Shown here: positions 18,801-27,790 of the stretch, one piece after another
How positions within the stretch are numbered: position 1 is the first letter of the stretch
How the letters are laid out: the number at the start of each line of letters is the position of its first letter
Assembly (NCBI GenBank): GCA_938038735.1
Contig: CALHSW010000034.1
Coordinates: forward strand, 46,335 to 110,334
Origin: an uncultured Bacteroidia bacterium
GTDB lineage: Bacteria > Bacteroidota > Bacteroidia > Bacteroidales > CAJPTX01
DNA: 64,000 nt
Reading direction: 5' to 3'
Program-made: the position numbers and the translations under genes
Notes under the pieces: generated by a model
What the model saw: the letters and a program-made list of their open reading frames with translations, nothing else
What the model was told of the DNA's origin: nothing
The model's database searches: none

Positions 18801-21800
18801 GAAAGATTTTCCGGTGTCAATAAAAGTAGTGAGAGACGGAGAGAAGACGTATAGCGTGGTGAAGCCAGTGGATCTGCCTGCATTGGCTCCTGGCCAGTCC
18901 CACACGGTTAACACGGAGGTTCAAGTACCATGGGCTGCAAAGTGGGGAAAGAATAGCGAGGTGACAGTGACACTGCTTCCGCAGAGCGGGGAGAATGGAG
19001 AGGCGGACGAGGATGTTTCCAACAATGTTCTTGCGCAGACGATAGAGGCGAAGGTGCCTGCAGTGTTCCCATTGAAGGAAATTGTGAAGGAAGAAGGAGG
19101 TTACGTCCTCTATGCGTTGATGAACAATGGGTTGAAGCTACAGACGGAGCCTGAGCAGGGAAGCGGGTATGAGGGATATACCTTTAGCGATTTTTCCATT
19201 TCTGGGGGTGAGAGTTTTGCTACGATAAGCGGTGAGACTTTTACTGCCAAAGGTGAAGGTCTAATAAAGTTGAAATATAAAGTTAATGGAGAATGTGAAG
19301 AGAAGCTCCCGATTGAGATAAAGAGGGCGCAGTGCGATGTGGCCGTGGAGCATGTTGAGCCGGTGGGGGATGTGAACTGTAAGGATGAAGGGGAGGCATT
19401 GGCTTTTAAGGTGGCTATCAAGGATAACAAGCAGCCGAGTCAGGCGCAGGGCCTACGATTGGTGGTGACGCAAGGGGGGCGCGAGGTGTATAATGAGTCT
19501 GCCAAGCTGGGAGAACAAACGGTAGAAGTGATCAAGGCGCGCAGCGGAGGCGGCGTGCTGAAGTTTACGGCAGTGGCGGCTGCGGATATGGATGGATCGA
19601 ACAACACAAAAGTGTATGAGCCGGAGGTTCTTTTGTACCCCAAGCCATTGAAAGTATTCTTGCAGGATGTGAGCGACCCAACCTATATGCAGCGAGTTGA
19701 AAATGGGTCTGATCAGAACACGTATGGCAATCGGCAGTGGCAGCTTTACGTGCCAAAAGTGTCGGTGATTCCGAAGATAAACTGGACGCACCGAGGCTAT
19801 ACGATGAGTAGTCAGGAGGATGGGTACATAGTAAGGCTTGGGCAGGCGAGTGGGGAGTTTGTGGCTTTGGCGACGCTGAGCAATGGTACAGACCAGTGTC
19901 CGGAAAAGAAGGTGTTCTCCGTAAATGTTAAAAATGAGGACGTTGAGGTGCAGAGCTTGGGGGGAGGAACCGGTGCGCCGGGGCTCTGCGCGGATGCGCA
20001 AGGAGAGTATGAGGTATACGTGAGTCTGATGAACCATTCGTGGGTGAGCTATAGTCCAGAAACATGGTTGGGCTTTGAGCTGTCTGGGCCGAATGGCGAG
20101 TCTAAAAGAACCGTGCAGGTGCAGTTAACGGATGAATGGCAGCCGAAAGTACTTCTTTTATTACCGCTTGGGAAGCTTCCGAAAGAACTTAAGGATTTGG
20201 CCGTTGGTAATGCGGTGAGCTTGAAGGTGAAGTACCTAGGGGTGTATGATGCTGACAAGATAGAACTTACGCCTGATGCCAACGAGGCCAATAACGAAGT
20301 AGTGACGGAGCTAAAGCTGTCAAGTGCACCTAAGGTGGAATGGGAGGTGCCAGGTTTGAATCCGGAGGGGAACGAGTTCGTGGTGCGGAAGGTGTTTAAG
20401 GACGTGCCAACAGTGACTGGTACGTTGAAAGTGAAGGGTGGAGACCCGGTGGGTATGCACTACGCATGGTATAGCAAGTCGAAGCGGGCCGATGCGTGGA
20501 CCCTTCAGGAAGGGGGTGTTCAAGGTCCCGGCGTGTACAACATAATGGGAATAGCGGACGATTGCTACAAGGTGGAGGTGACGAATCAGGCGGGGTGTAG
20601 GTCGGAGCTGGAGATGCGGTATATACAAACGGATTTGGGCTTTACTAGCGGAAAGGTGATGGAAACGCCGACCGAGTCATGTGCATTGACGGACAACGAT
20701 GGTAACGTGCGTTTGATTTTTAAGAATACGGGTAGCAAGCCGTTAACGAGCGAGGAGAAATTTAGGGTTACGTTTCAAGTACAAGTCGATGGTGAGCTTC
20801 GGCCCTATACTAGCGATGTGATGTGGTTTTCGCCCGAGTTGGAGGTGAACGAAAGTCGGAGTGAGCTGGTAAAGGTAGAGAACTTGAGTACCCTTATAGC
20901 AGAGCTTCAGAAGAAAGCGGATGCGGATCCCAAGGGGAAGGAAAAGGCGAGATTGGCTTTCTATAATATAGAACTGAAAGCGGAAGGAGACTGGTCGGTA
21001 TCAGGCGCTGCCAACAAGGATAGGAGGAAGCGGGTTGCAGGGGTCACTCTTGAGGAATGGGGGGCGCCGCGCCCGACGGTTAAACTGTACTCGGGGGTGC
21101 CAGGGACGGAATTGTATCAAGGCAATGTGCGGAATCCGAAAGCTAAACAGGTAGGGCCGCAAGAAGGCTTTAGAAAAGGACAGGTGGATGGCATTGATAA
21201 CACCTACGGAGACCTTGTGGGAGTGGTTTCTAAAGCTCCTGGAGAGAAGGCGGAGTGGCTATGGCACTACACGTATACAAAGTTCAACAAGTGGCCAGAC
21301 GTGAAGTTGGCTTATGCAGTGGAAGATAGCGTGGTTAGTATTCCGCAGGCTAAGCAGACGGATTGGATGGAGCAGAATAAAAACCAAGTTGGAACGACCC
21401 CAGAGGGAGAGCCGAAGCGCCCCGATGGGACGTACACAGTGGTAGTAACAGGGGCGCATGAGTGCGTGTCGCGGGTTCAATTCACCGTGGCGGATAAGGC
21501 GTACGACTTGAAGCTTGAAGCGGTGCGGCCACCGCAAGACGAGTGCGATTTTAAGGGGAAGTCAACGAAGGTTACCGTTATCGTGCGCAATGTGGGAACT
21601 ATGTCCATAGACCCAAAGGCTGAGATAGTGCTTAAGCTGTCTCGTACAGATGATGTGCAGAGTCTTACCGAAAATTGGGCCAAAGCAGCCTATACAAATT
21701 TTTTGGGCACTGCGGAAGGAGCTACTACTAATATTAGTACGCATACAATAGAGAAATTAAATAATGGGAAGGCTTTGGAGCCGAATGGCGCGGTAGCCAT

Positions 21801-24800
21801 AGATGTGCCGGTGACGCTATACTACGAGGCCACTGATACAAAGGGGGTGGTTCGCTCGTTGCTTGATGGCGTGACGTTTGAGTATAGTGCTGAGGTGACG
21901 TTTGCTAATGGTGACTTCCACGAAGCGAATGTTGATAATAATAAGTCGGCAACAAAGGTAGCGGTGCGGGATATATCGTCTCCAAAGGTGACCGGATTTT
22001 TCTTGGAGTCCAACGGCAATTCTAAAACCTTCACAGGAGACCGCATCTTGTACCAATGGGATGAGACCCAAATGCATGGTGAGCCAGTAGCAGTGACTTT
22101 GGGGGCGTACGTATCGAACGAAGGTCTTGAGGATAGGAATTGGTATTTGCGAGGGGCGATGCATCAAAGCGGTGCGGCAAATATTACCAAGATTACAGGA
22201 TCAACTGCTACGGTGGATGGATATGGTAGCGCGGAGCTGGTGGTGAGTAACAATCGTTGTGAAGGGACAGGCGTTTTCACTATAGTAGGGACAGGGGCTG
22301 CATTGATAGTAGATAGCATCAAGGGGATCCCAGACGAGCTTTGCCCCGAACAGGTGGCTGGAAAACGGAAGCTGACGGTGAAGATTGTCAATCCGACCCC
22401 GACGCCTATCAACACAACAGCAGATGGGTGCGGCCAGAACCATAAGCAGGAAGCCACGGTAACGCTGAGCCTCGATGGGAATGCGCTCAAGACGACACCC
22501 CCGAAGCGGCTAAGTGCTGAGAAGTTCTTTGGGCCTAAGAAGGAATTGTACGGAGGCGAACAGGTTAATGGCGTTTGGAAGCGGGGGACTAAGGTAGTAG
22601 GTATTGGCGTTGGGATGAGTGCATTTGATATGATTTCCGTTACGTTTGATGATGTTGAACTAGATGGGACTCACCTACAGCCGGGTACGGAGGGTACGAT
22701 AACGGTGTCGCTTAGCGGCGGGTGTGTGGATGAAGGGGTCGTCGATTCGAAGGATAAGAAGGTCAAGGTGAACAAGAGTCCAGATTTGAGGGAGGTTCTA
22801 AAGCGTAGTCCGTTAGAGCAGTATGCCCTGCGAGGTTCGGCGGCAGCATGGAAGGAGGAGTGGAGTTCGCAGCAGAAGTTGCAAGAAGAGATGGAGTGGG
22901 GCAAGAAGGACGAGAGTTCCGCTATTGTTAGGGCTACCGTTGAGCAGTTGGGTACGGATAACAAGTATAATTTAAAGCTAAGCGCAGCGAAGCCCGGTAC
23001 GTATGTGCTGAAGGTAACGGATAAGGAGAAGGGATGCGCCAGTAGCAAGGAGGTAGAGGTACAGATGCCGGGGTTCTTGACGTTGGCGGAAGGAGATGCG
23101 ATAACGGTGGAGCCGAAAGATTTGCTAACGGGATCGTGCAAATACGATAAGGCGGCGCAAGCGCTGAAGGTAAAGGTAGTCAATAATGGGAATGAGCCTT
23201 TGGCGCTTGCAGGGAAGCGCACGTCGATAAGGCTTACATACTCCAAGAATGGGGAAAAAATAATTTCGTCTCCATCTTTGGACTACACGTTTGATGTAGG
23301 AGCTGCAGATTTAGGTGTGGGAGGCGAGATGGAGATAGATGTGAGCGTACCATTTAAGGGAGTAGATTTTAGCGGAGATGGTGTGTACGATTTGAACTTC
23401 GTTTTGCAGCAAGGTATAACCGATCCAGTGGATGGAGCACCAGATGAACTCCGTAGCGTTAATCCGAAGAATCTAACCGTCAAGCGGTACTACCAGCCGA
23501 CGGCAAAGCCAGATTTAGCGGCACAGGTGAAAGTTTGGGGAGGGCAAAGTGTTGATTTCAAAGCGTTGCCTAAAGATAAGAAGGTGCTGACGCTATATGG
23601 TTTGGCTAAGAATCCAAAGTTAGAGTATGGTCGTCCGACTAGCGAGGAGTATAATACTCTGCAAAAAAATGGTACGATGTGGACTTGGTATGTAGATGGA
23701 GAGCAAGTGCTGGGGCCAGCACCCATTGCGTATGAGAAGAAGTTTGTGATCCCGCAGCCAGATGGGATTGTGAAGGTAGTGATGCAGACCAAGGATGGAT
23801 GTTCGCTTGAAAGCGATGAGGTGGAGATGCGGCGGTTGAAAGAGTTTAAATTCGGTGAGGTCCGGCTGGGGAAGATGAGCAATAGTAAGTGTGCGGAGGA
23901 GAGTTCGGTTGATGGAACAGAGCAGGAGGTGACAGGTTCACTTAAGCTGGAGATGGCCGATGTTCCGCTGGCGGCGGGGACAAAAATTGAGTTGAGGTGC
24001 GCCTACACGCAGGGAAGTCCAGACGAGAAGAAAGAGGACGATGTATCGATAGTGTTGGATAAGGAATATAAAGCAGGGAATTCGATACCGTTCAAGATAA
24101 TGTTGCCATTTAAGGTTGGGACGAATAGCGTGGAGGTGCTTGGAGGTCAGTACGTTGAACCACATTCCCAAAGGCCTTCGCTGATAGGGAGGAGTACGAC
24201 ACGTGAGATTTTTGATGTTTTGGCATACCCGACGTTGCAAAGTGAGATTAAGAAGGAGCAGAAGGCGTACGCAAGTCCATATTCAATAGAATTTCCTGCT
24301 GTGGAACCCAGGAACGAAGTGGAGTACAGTTGGGAGAACAAACCGTATTCGAAGAGTCCTGATTTTCAAGTAACCGAAAGTGGAGGTTATCGCGTGTGGG
24401 TAAAACGGGCAAACGGCTGCATTTTGGAGGGCAATGTGCGGGTAGATTTCTACTTTAAGTATGATCTTTCTTTGGGCGCAGGCGGAAGCGTGAGGGTGAT
24501 AGATGCAGAGACCGGTGAGGAGTACAAGCAGGGAGAACAGGTAATAAAGGATGGGGCGAAGGTGAAGATAGAGCCAGTTGCGAATGCAGGTTATCATGTG
24601 CTGGGAGCAAAGGTGAACGGAGATGTATTTGATCTAGGATCAGTGTACCCCGTATTGAAAGACTTCAATGTAGAAGTTCTCTTTAGTAAGGATAACAATC
24701 CCACACCGCCAGGGCCTAATAATGCTGTAGAGAGCGAGTTGCTGAGCGAGTTGGTAGCAGTAAATCCGTTTACAGGCGTGCTGCGGCTGTATGGTGCGGA

Positions 24801-24984
24801 GAATGTGGAGAGCTACGTGGTGTACAATCAGCTGGGCAACGAGCTACTCCGGGGAGTGAATACTTCTGGCGGCCGTGTGCTAGATATAGATGCTGCGCAG
24901 CTGCACGAAGGGGTTTACGTGGTGAGGCTACGGGATTCGTTGGGCGGTGAGAGAGCTCTAAGAGTAGTGAAGGTGAGGCGCTAA
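15847..24984 (+). CDS. Giant (3045 aa) T9SS-secreted multi-domain surface protein
   Basis: The signal peptide is MSSVRRFIKLLLAVSLALTAVEAWAQ. At least 5 CARDB-like beta-sandwich modules end in xNN signatures (DMSNNVARV, DVSNNVLAQ, DGSNNTKVY, NEANNEVVT, NVDNNKSAT). An InlB-B-repeat-like module sits near the C-terminus. The type-A T9SS CTD is NPFTGVLRLYGAENVESYVVYNQLGNELLRGV...GVYVVRLRDSLGGERALRVVKVRR. Confidence 0.85.
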   Translation: MSSVRRFIKLLLAVSLALTAVEAWAQWTLPPDYSKDNDAQNPKDMRGGKGQGMRLLYYESFEGERIRTTEGWGTMPKSWGQEFIEGAGISHTTAYWVVEPGGGRPNDSASRTPWRPYDGEWNMLCYVNSTGAMQRLVTPELNLSGGDISDPRLVFYYASPKDYRGFCRMRVQYRFGEEEWKDLADVEEFQRADDWVPVSIPLPPALREKGGLQIGFVSVQNYGFGTAIDEVYVVNMDGAETGVKTFDLTPQSPIIARGAKNVPLMRMDVTLTSGGGKLKLQGFNGKEEPTSRSVEVHALDGNGQPLMQDALSNFRLFVGRGGKFSDAVEAAKLDFTGGAGKPYELKTFNIKDHKALIMQGGNTYNVWIVADVNDVVSTPYKTRIWVDVAEETTKFVWYKNDENPTSLNGTKQSFFPAKGHSYETPEVQKSVVYKSLFFDDFEAGLDKWNRLSGAAQQLWAVGSPKDASGGSFLSGGRPLEEQVKSAYSGDKVLATGELAQDGEKLRARYFANMVSANNQNECAWVEIKDQIDASQVKDVYLVMQKSFNTPSGMLLFVEGKYEGSTTTWVEFARYNVSSSDWQGWQELPLRLSRADGRKFNLRLRAFYPKGDVAHTGFVIDDLRILGNEVQNDVGITGLKVTESWDNGNGRKAVFTVRNYGVNVQKDIKYDVYVDGNLVLGGQSLPEGDLAAGGSRNVKTDELAALKADLNRDNTHEIEVRLKLSTDEDMSNNVARVTTYSYPTIPVSDAKPYPENFGDPMHHWFGGEAYREGFKSSWLFNSVYSISKCRDNSGKQAGPFGEGMLLGSYIWTTGDHTAFGFEQSVLTSPVFEISTQDAKNRKEFVMAYTTQGENVEVQVEYRKENGDWQRLEKSAQWEKEWYDGSGAVWKGSTTEGYKIVKTLLPDDLQGVGGAVKAQFRVYFYNRSADRVPGIAVNGIEVRSVRSDIYVKSIEPRGGCENPLGNDETLRVTIAVNAEPAIAYGARKDFPVSIKVVRDGEKTYSVVKPVDLPALAPGQSHTVNTEVQVPWAAKWGKNSEVTVTLLPQSGENGEADEDVSNNVLAQTIEAKVPAVFPLKEIVKEEGGYVLYALMNNGLKLQTEPEQGSGYEGYTFSDFSISGGESFATISGETFTAKGEGLIKLKYKVNGECEEKLPIEIKRAQCDVAVEHVEPVGDVNCKDEGEALAFKVAIKDNKQPSQAQGLRLVVTQGGREVYNESAKLGEQTVEVIKARSGGGVLKFTAVAAADMDGSNNTKVYEPEVLLYPKPLKVFLQDVSDPTYMQRVENGSDQNTYGNRQWQLYVPKVSVIPKINWTHRGYTMSSQEDGYIVRLGQASGEFVALATLSNGTDQCPEKKVFSVNVKNEDVEVQSLGGGTGAPGLCADAQGEYEVYVSLMNHSWVSYSPETWLGFELSGPNGESKRTVQVQLTDEWQPKVLLLLPLGKLPKELKDLAVGNAVSLKVKYLGVYDADKIELTPDANEANNEVVTELKLSSAPKVEWEVPGLNPEGNEFVVRKVFKDVPTVTGTLKVKGGDPVGMHYAWYSKSKRADAWTLQEGGVQGPGVYNIMGIADDCYKVEVTNQAGCRSELEMRYIQTDLGFTSGKVMETPTESCALTDNDGNVRLIFKNTGSKPLTSEEKFRVTFQVQVDGELRPYTSDVMWFSPELEVNESRSELVKVENLSTLIAELQKKADADPKGKEKARLAFYNIELKAEGDWSVSGAANKDRRKRVAGVTLEEWGAPRPTVKLYSGVPGTELYQGNVRNPKAKQVGPQEGFRKGQVDGIDNTYGDLVGVVSKAPGEKAEWLWHYTYTKFNKWPDVKLAYAVEDSVVSIPQAKQTDWMEQNKNQVGTTPEGEPKRPDGTYTVVVTGAHECVSRVQFTVADKAYDLKLEAVRPPQDECDFKGKSTKVTVIVRNVGTMSIDPKAEIVLKLSRTDDVQSLTENWAKAAYTNFLGTAEGATTNISTHTIEKLNNGKALEPNGAVAIDVPVTLYYEATDTKGVVRSLLDGVTFEYSAEVTFANGDFHEANVDNNKSATKVAVRDISSPKVTGFFLESNGNSKTFTGDRILYQWDETQMHGEPVAVTLGAYVSNEGLEDRNWYLRGAMHQSGAANITKITGSTATVDGYGSAELVVSNNRCEGTGVFTIVGTGAALIVDSIKGIPDELCPEQVAGKRKLTVKIVNPTPTPINTTADGCGQNHKQEATVTLSLDGNALKTTPPKRLSAEKFFGPKKELYGGEQVNGVWKRGTKVVGIGVGMSAFDMISVTFDDVELDGTHLQPGTEGTITVSLSGGCVDEGVVDSKDKKVKVNKSPDLREVLKRSPLEQYALRGSAAAWKEEWSSQQKLQEEMEWGKKDESSAIVRATVEQLGTDNKYNLKLSAAKPGTYVLKVTDKEKGCASSKEVEVQMPGFLTLAEGDAITVEPKDLLTGSCKYDKAAQALKVKVVNNGNEPLALAGKRTSIRLTYSKNGEKIISSPSLDYTFDVGAADLGVGGEMEIDVSVPFKGVDFSGDGVYDLNFVLQQGITDPVDGAPDELRSVNPKNLTVKRYYQPTAKPDLAAQVKVWGGQSVDFKALPKDKKVLTLYGLAKNPKLEYGRPTSEEYNTLQKNGTMWTWYVDGEQVLGPAPIAYEKKFVIPQPDGIVKVVMQTKDGCSLESDEVEMRRLKEFKFGEVRLGKMSNSKCAEESSVDGTEQEVTGSLKLEMADVPLAAGTKIELRCAYTQGSPDEKKEDDVSIVLDKEYKAGNSIPFKIMLPFKVGTNSVEVLGGQYVEPHSQRPSLIGRSTTREIFDVLAYPTLQSEIKKEQKAYASPYSIEFPAVEPRNEVEYSWENKPYSKSPDFQVTESGGYRVWVKRANGCILEGNVRVDFYFKYDLSLGAGGSVRVIDAETGEEYKQGEQVIKDGAKVKIEPVANAGYHVLGAKVNGDVFDLGSVYPVLKDFNVEVLFSKDNNPTPPGPNNAVESELLSELVAVNPFTGVLRLYGAENVESYVVYNQLGNELLRGVNTSGGRVLDIDAAQLHEGVYVVRLRDSLGGERALRVVKVRR

Positions 24985-25011
24985 GCGTAGCGCAATGGTC
25001 TTGAGTGGACG

Positions 25012-25041
25012 AGAGTCCTTGGGCTATAGCCCAAGGACTCT
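25012..25041 (+). terminator. Strong hairpin (perfect 30-bp palindrome) after the giant gene
   Basis: agagtccttgggcta/tagcccaaggactct lies 28 nt after the stop codon. The T-tract (ttgtc) is weak, so function as an intrinsic terminator is inferred only. Confidence 0.55.
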
Positions 25042-25105
25042 TGTCGGGTATGAGGTACCTGTATATACTTAGTTAAGAGTAGGAAAAAATAGAGAGTAAG
25101 GAATC

Positions 25106-27748
25106 GTGAAAGGAAGAGCGCAAAGAGTTCGATTCATGCTGTATGGCCTCACAGTACCGTTGGTAGTGCTGGCTGCGTTTTCTGGGTGTGCAAACAGTTA
25201 CAAATATAAGCGGTCGGGAGGTGAAATTGGCGAGTCAGCTGCCCTTAGCAAGAGGCCGGCGGCAAAGGGCTACGCATCGCTACTGAAGCATGCAGCGTGT
25301 GACACAGGTTTTATAAGCGTCTACACTGTGCAAGAAGACCATGAGACGAAGCGATACTTTAGCGTGCCGAGAGAGGTGTGGGGGCGAGATATACTCGTAG
25401 TGAATAAGGTTACCTCTGTGCCGGCCAAGTTGGGCGAAACGGGTATGAACCGCGGTGCGAACTACCGCAACATGCTTATTCGCTTATCTCCGAGTCCTGA
25501 TGGAAGTAAGTTGGATATACGGGAGGTGGACCCTGAAGTTGAGTGCGATAGCGGGAGCAGCATATGCGAGTCGGTTCGGGCAAACTACGTTTCTTCGCTG
25601 GTAGCATCGCTGCCGATAGCGGCCGTTGAGGGAGACTCGTTGGCCGTTTTGGTGGAGATAACCTCCCTATTTGATGGTAGCGAAAAGGCGTTGCAGAATG
25701 TGTTCGGCGTAGCGGGGCTAGGCACATCGCCTAAAACATCGCTGTCGCGCATTATTAAGACGAAAGCATTTTCTACCAACGTTGTGGTGTATAGCGAGCT
25801 AACCACGCCAGTATCTGGTGCAGAGGAGCGTATGACGCTCACGGTGGGGGTTGCATCGAATTGGTACTTACTGCCAGAGGAGAAGATGGTGCCCCGCTTC
25901 GCGGATGAGCGTGTGGGAATTTTTACCATGCCAAAGCAGTACTACCGCGATGCGCAGCAGCGGGTGGAGGAACGTAAGGTGATTACGCGCTGGCGGTTGG
26001 AGCCGCGGCCGGAGGATCGAGAGCGGTACTTGCTAGGCGATTTAGTTGAGCCAGAGAAGCCGATTGTGTTCTACATTGATAAGGCTACGCCGACTCAGTG
26101 GGTCCCCTTTATTAAACAGGGTATAGAGGATTGGCAGGTTGCCTTTGAGCATGCGGGCTTTAAGAATGCGATTGTTGCCCGTGAGGTGCCCAAGGAATCT
26201 ACTGATTTTGACCTTGACGATGCCCGATACTCCTCTGTGGTTTACGCAGCATCGACTATGGCCAATGCGATGGGGCCCTCGGTGTGCGACCCGCGGACGG
26301 GGGAGATAGTGGAATCGGATGTGATGTGGTGGCACAACGTGCTGGGGGCGGTGCACCGCTGGCTGCGGCTGCAGACGGGATTGCTTAATCCCGCGGTGCG
26401 TGCCAACGAGATACCCGACGAGGAGATGGGAAAGGCGGTGCGTTTCATCGCGGCGCATGAGATTGGCCACACGCTTGGGTTGATGCATAACATGGCCTCG
26501 AGCGCAGCGTATTCGGTGGACTCGCTTCGCTCGCCCTCCTTCACGGCGGCGCATGGCACGGCGCCCTCGATAATGGATTACGCACGGTTTAACTACGTGG
26601 CGCAGCCGGGCGATGGGGTGACGCAGCTCTACCCCAAGATAGGAGAATATGATTGCTACGCCATAGAGTTTGCCTATCGTTGGCGCGGGGCGAAAACTCC
26701 CTACGAGGAGCTACAGGCGCAACGGAGCCTCGTGGCAGCGCATGCGAATGACCCGGTTTACTTTTTTGGACCGCAAAGCTCGTCACGCTCCATACTTGAC
26801 CCTCGCTCGCAGAGCGAAGATATCGGGAACGATGCGGTGGTAGCATCTAAGCTAGGGTTGAAGTCGCTCAAGGCTATCCTGCCGCAGGTGCTGGAGTGGG
26901 CGGATGCTAAAAATGGGGAGTACCTCGCGGCGGGGAAGTTCCTGCACGATGTGATTGACCAGTGGCATATGTATGCCTACCACGTAATGGCTAACGTGGG
27001 AGGGGTGTACCTCAACGATAGGGATTATGCGGTTGAGAAGGCATCGTTTGCCTTTGTGCCGAAGGCGAAACAGCGCGAGGCGGTGCGATACCTCATCGAC
27101 GAGGCGTTCGTTTACCCTAAATGGCTATTTGGCGGCGATATCTACACGAAGATATTCCCGGTGAAGAGTTCGCCGGATGGTCCCTACGAATACGCCCCAA
27201 TGGAGCTGTTCAAGAACTATCAAGGGTACTTGCTGTGGGATTTGCTGGACGATGAGCGCTTGGCGCGTATGGTGGAGAATGAGGCGCGCAATGGCAAGAA
27301 GGCGTACAGCGTGCTGGAGATGTTTGACGACCTGCGGAAGGTTCTGTTTGCCCCCACCGTGCGTGGCGTCGCGCTAACAGCCTACGAGCGCATAGCGCAG
27401 AAAAACTATGTTGATGCGCTGATCATTGCGGGGGATAGGACTGTGGCGGTGAAGAATCGTAAGGCTCTCTTGGAGGGAGCGTTCGGCATTCGCCCCGAAG
27501 AGCAGGCAAAGGGTTATCTTTGCAGCGGGCGGGCAGCGCAAAAAGACGATGAAAGGGGTTTTGTGAATGCGAATCGTCGAATAAAGTTTGACCAGCTGAG
27601 CCGCATAGGGGATCAGCTCTCGTTGAAGCGCGGGGAGTTGATGCGTCTACGCGATTTGATGAAGCGCGGAGTAAGCCATAGCGATTTGGCAACGCGCTAT
27701 CACTACAAGGATTTGATCCTGCGCATCAACGATGCGCTTGGTGAATAG
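25106..27748 (+). CDS. Zinc-dependent metalloprotease lipoprotein (met-zincin, HExxHxxGxxH)
   Basis: 880 aa. The lipobox is LAAFSGCANS and the zinc site is AAHEIGHTLGLMHNMASS. Size and layout resemble the Bacteroidota DUF5117/DUF4953-type zinc metalloproteases, a family assignment made from memory. The start may be the GTG at 25106 or the ATG at 25136. Confidence 0.85.
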   Translation: MKGRAQRVRFMLYGLTVPLVVLAAFSGCANSYKYKRSGGEIGESAALSKRPAAKGYASLLKHAACDTGFISVYTVQEDHETKRYFSVPREVWGRDILVVNKVTSVPAKLGETGMNRGANYRNMLIRLSPSPDGSKLDIREVDPEVECDSGSSICESVRANYVSSLVASLPIAAVEGDSLAVLVEITSLFDGSEKALQNVFGVAGLGTSPKTSLSRIIKTKAFSTNVVVYSELTTPVSGAEERMTLTVGVASNWYLLPEEKMVPRFADERVGIFTMPKQYYRDAQQRVEERKVITRWRLEPRPEDRERYLLGDLVEPEKPIVFYIDKATPTQWVPFIKQGIEDWQVAFEHAGFKNAIVAREVPKESTDFDLDDARYSSVVYAASTMANAMGPSVCDPRTGEIVESDVMWWHNVLGAVHRWLRLQTGLLNPAVRANEIPDEEMGKAVRFIAAHEIGHTLGLMHNMASSAAYSVDSLRSPSFTAAHGTAPSIMDYARFNYVAQPGDGVTQLYPKIGEYDCYAIEFAYRWRGAKTPYEELQAQRSLVAAHANDPVYFFGPQSSSRSILDPRSQSEDIGNDAVVASKLGLKSLKAILPQVLEWADAKNGEYLAAGKFLHDVIDQWHMYAYHVMANVGGVYLNDRDYAVEKASFAFVPKAKQREAVRYLIDEAFVYPKWLFGGDIYTKIFPVKSSPDGPYEYAPMELFKNYQGYLLWDLLDDERLARMVENEARNGKKAYSVLEMFDDLRKVLFAPTVRGVALTAYERIAQKNYVDALIIAGDRTVAVKNRKALLEGAFGIRPEEQAKGYLCSGRAAQKDDERGFVNANRRIKFDQLSRIGDQLSLKRGELMRLRDLMKRGVSHSDLATRYHYKDLILRINDALGE

Positions 27749-27790
27749 AAGGATCAGCGGGGTGTGTAGAAATAGACTATTAAAAAGACG

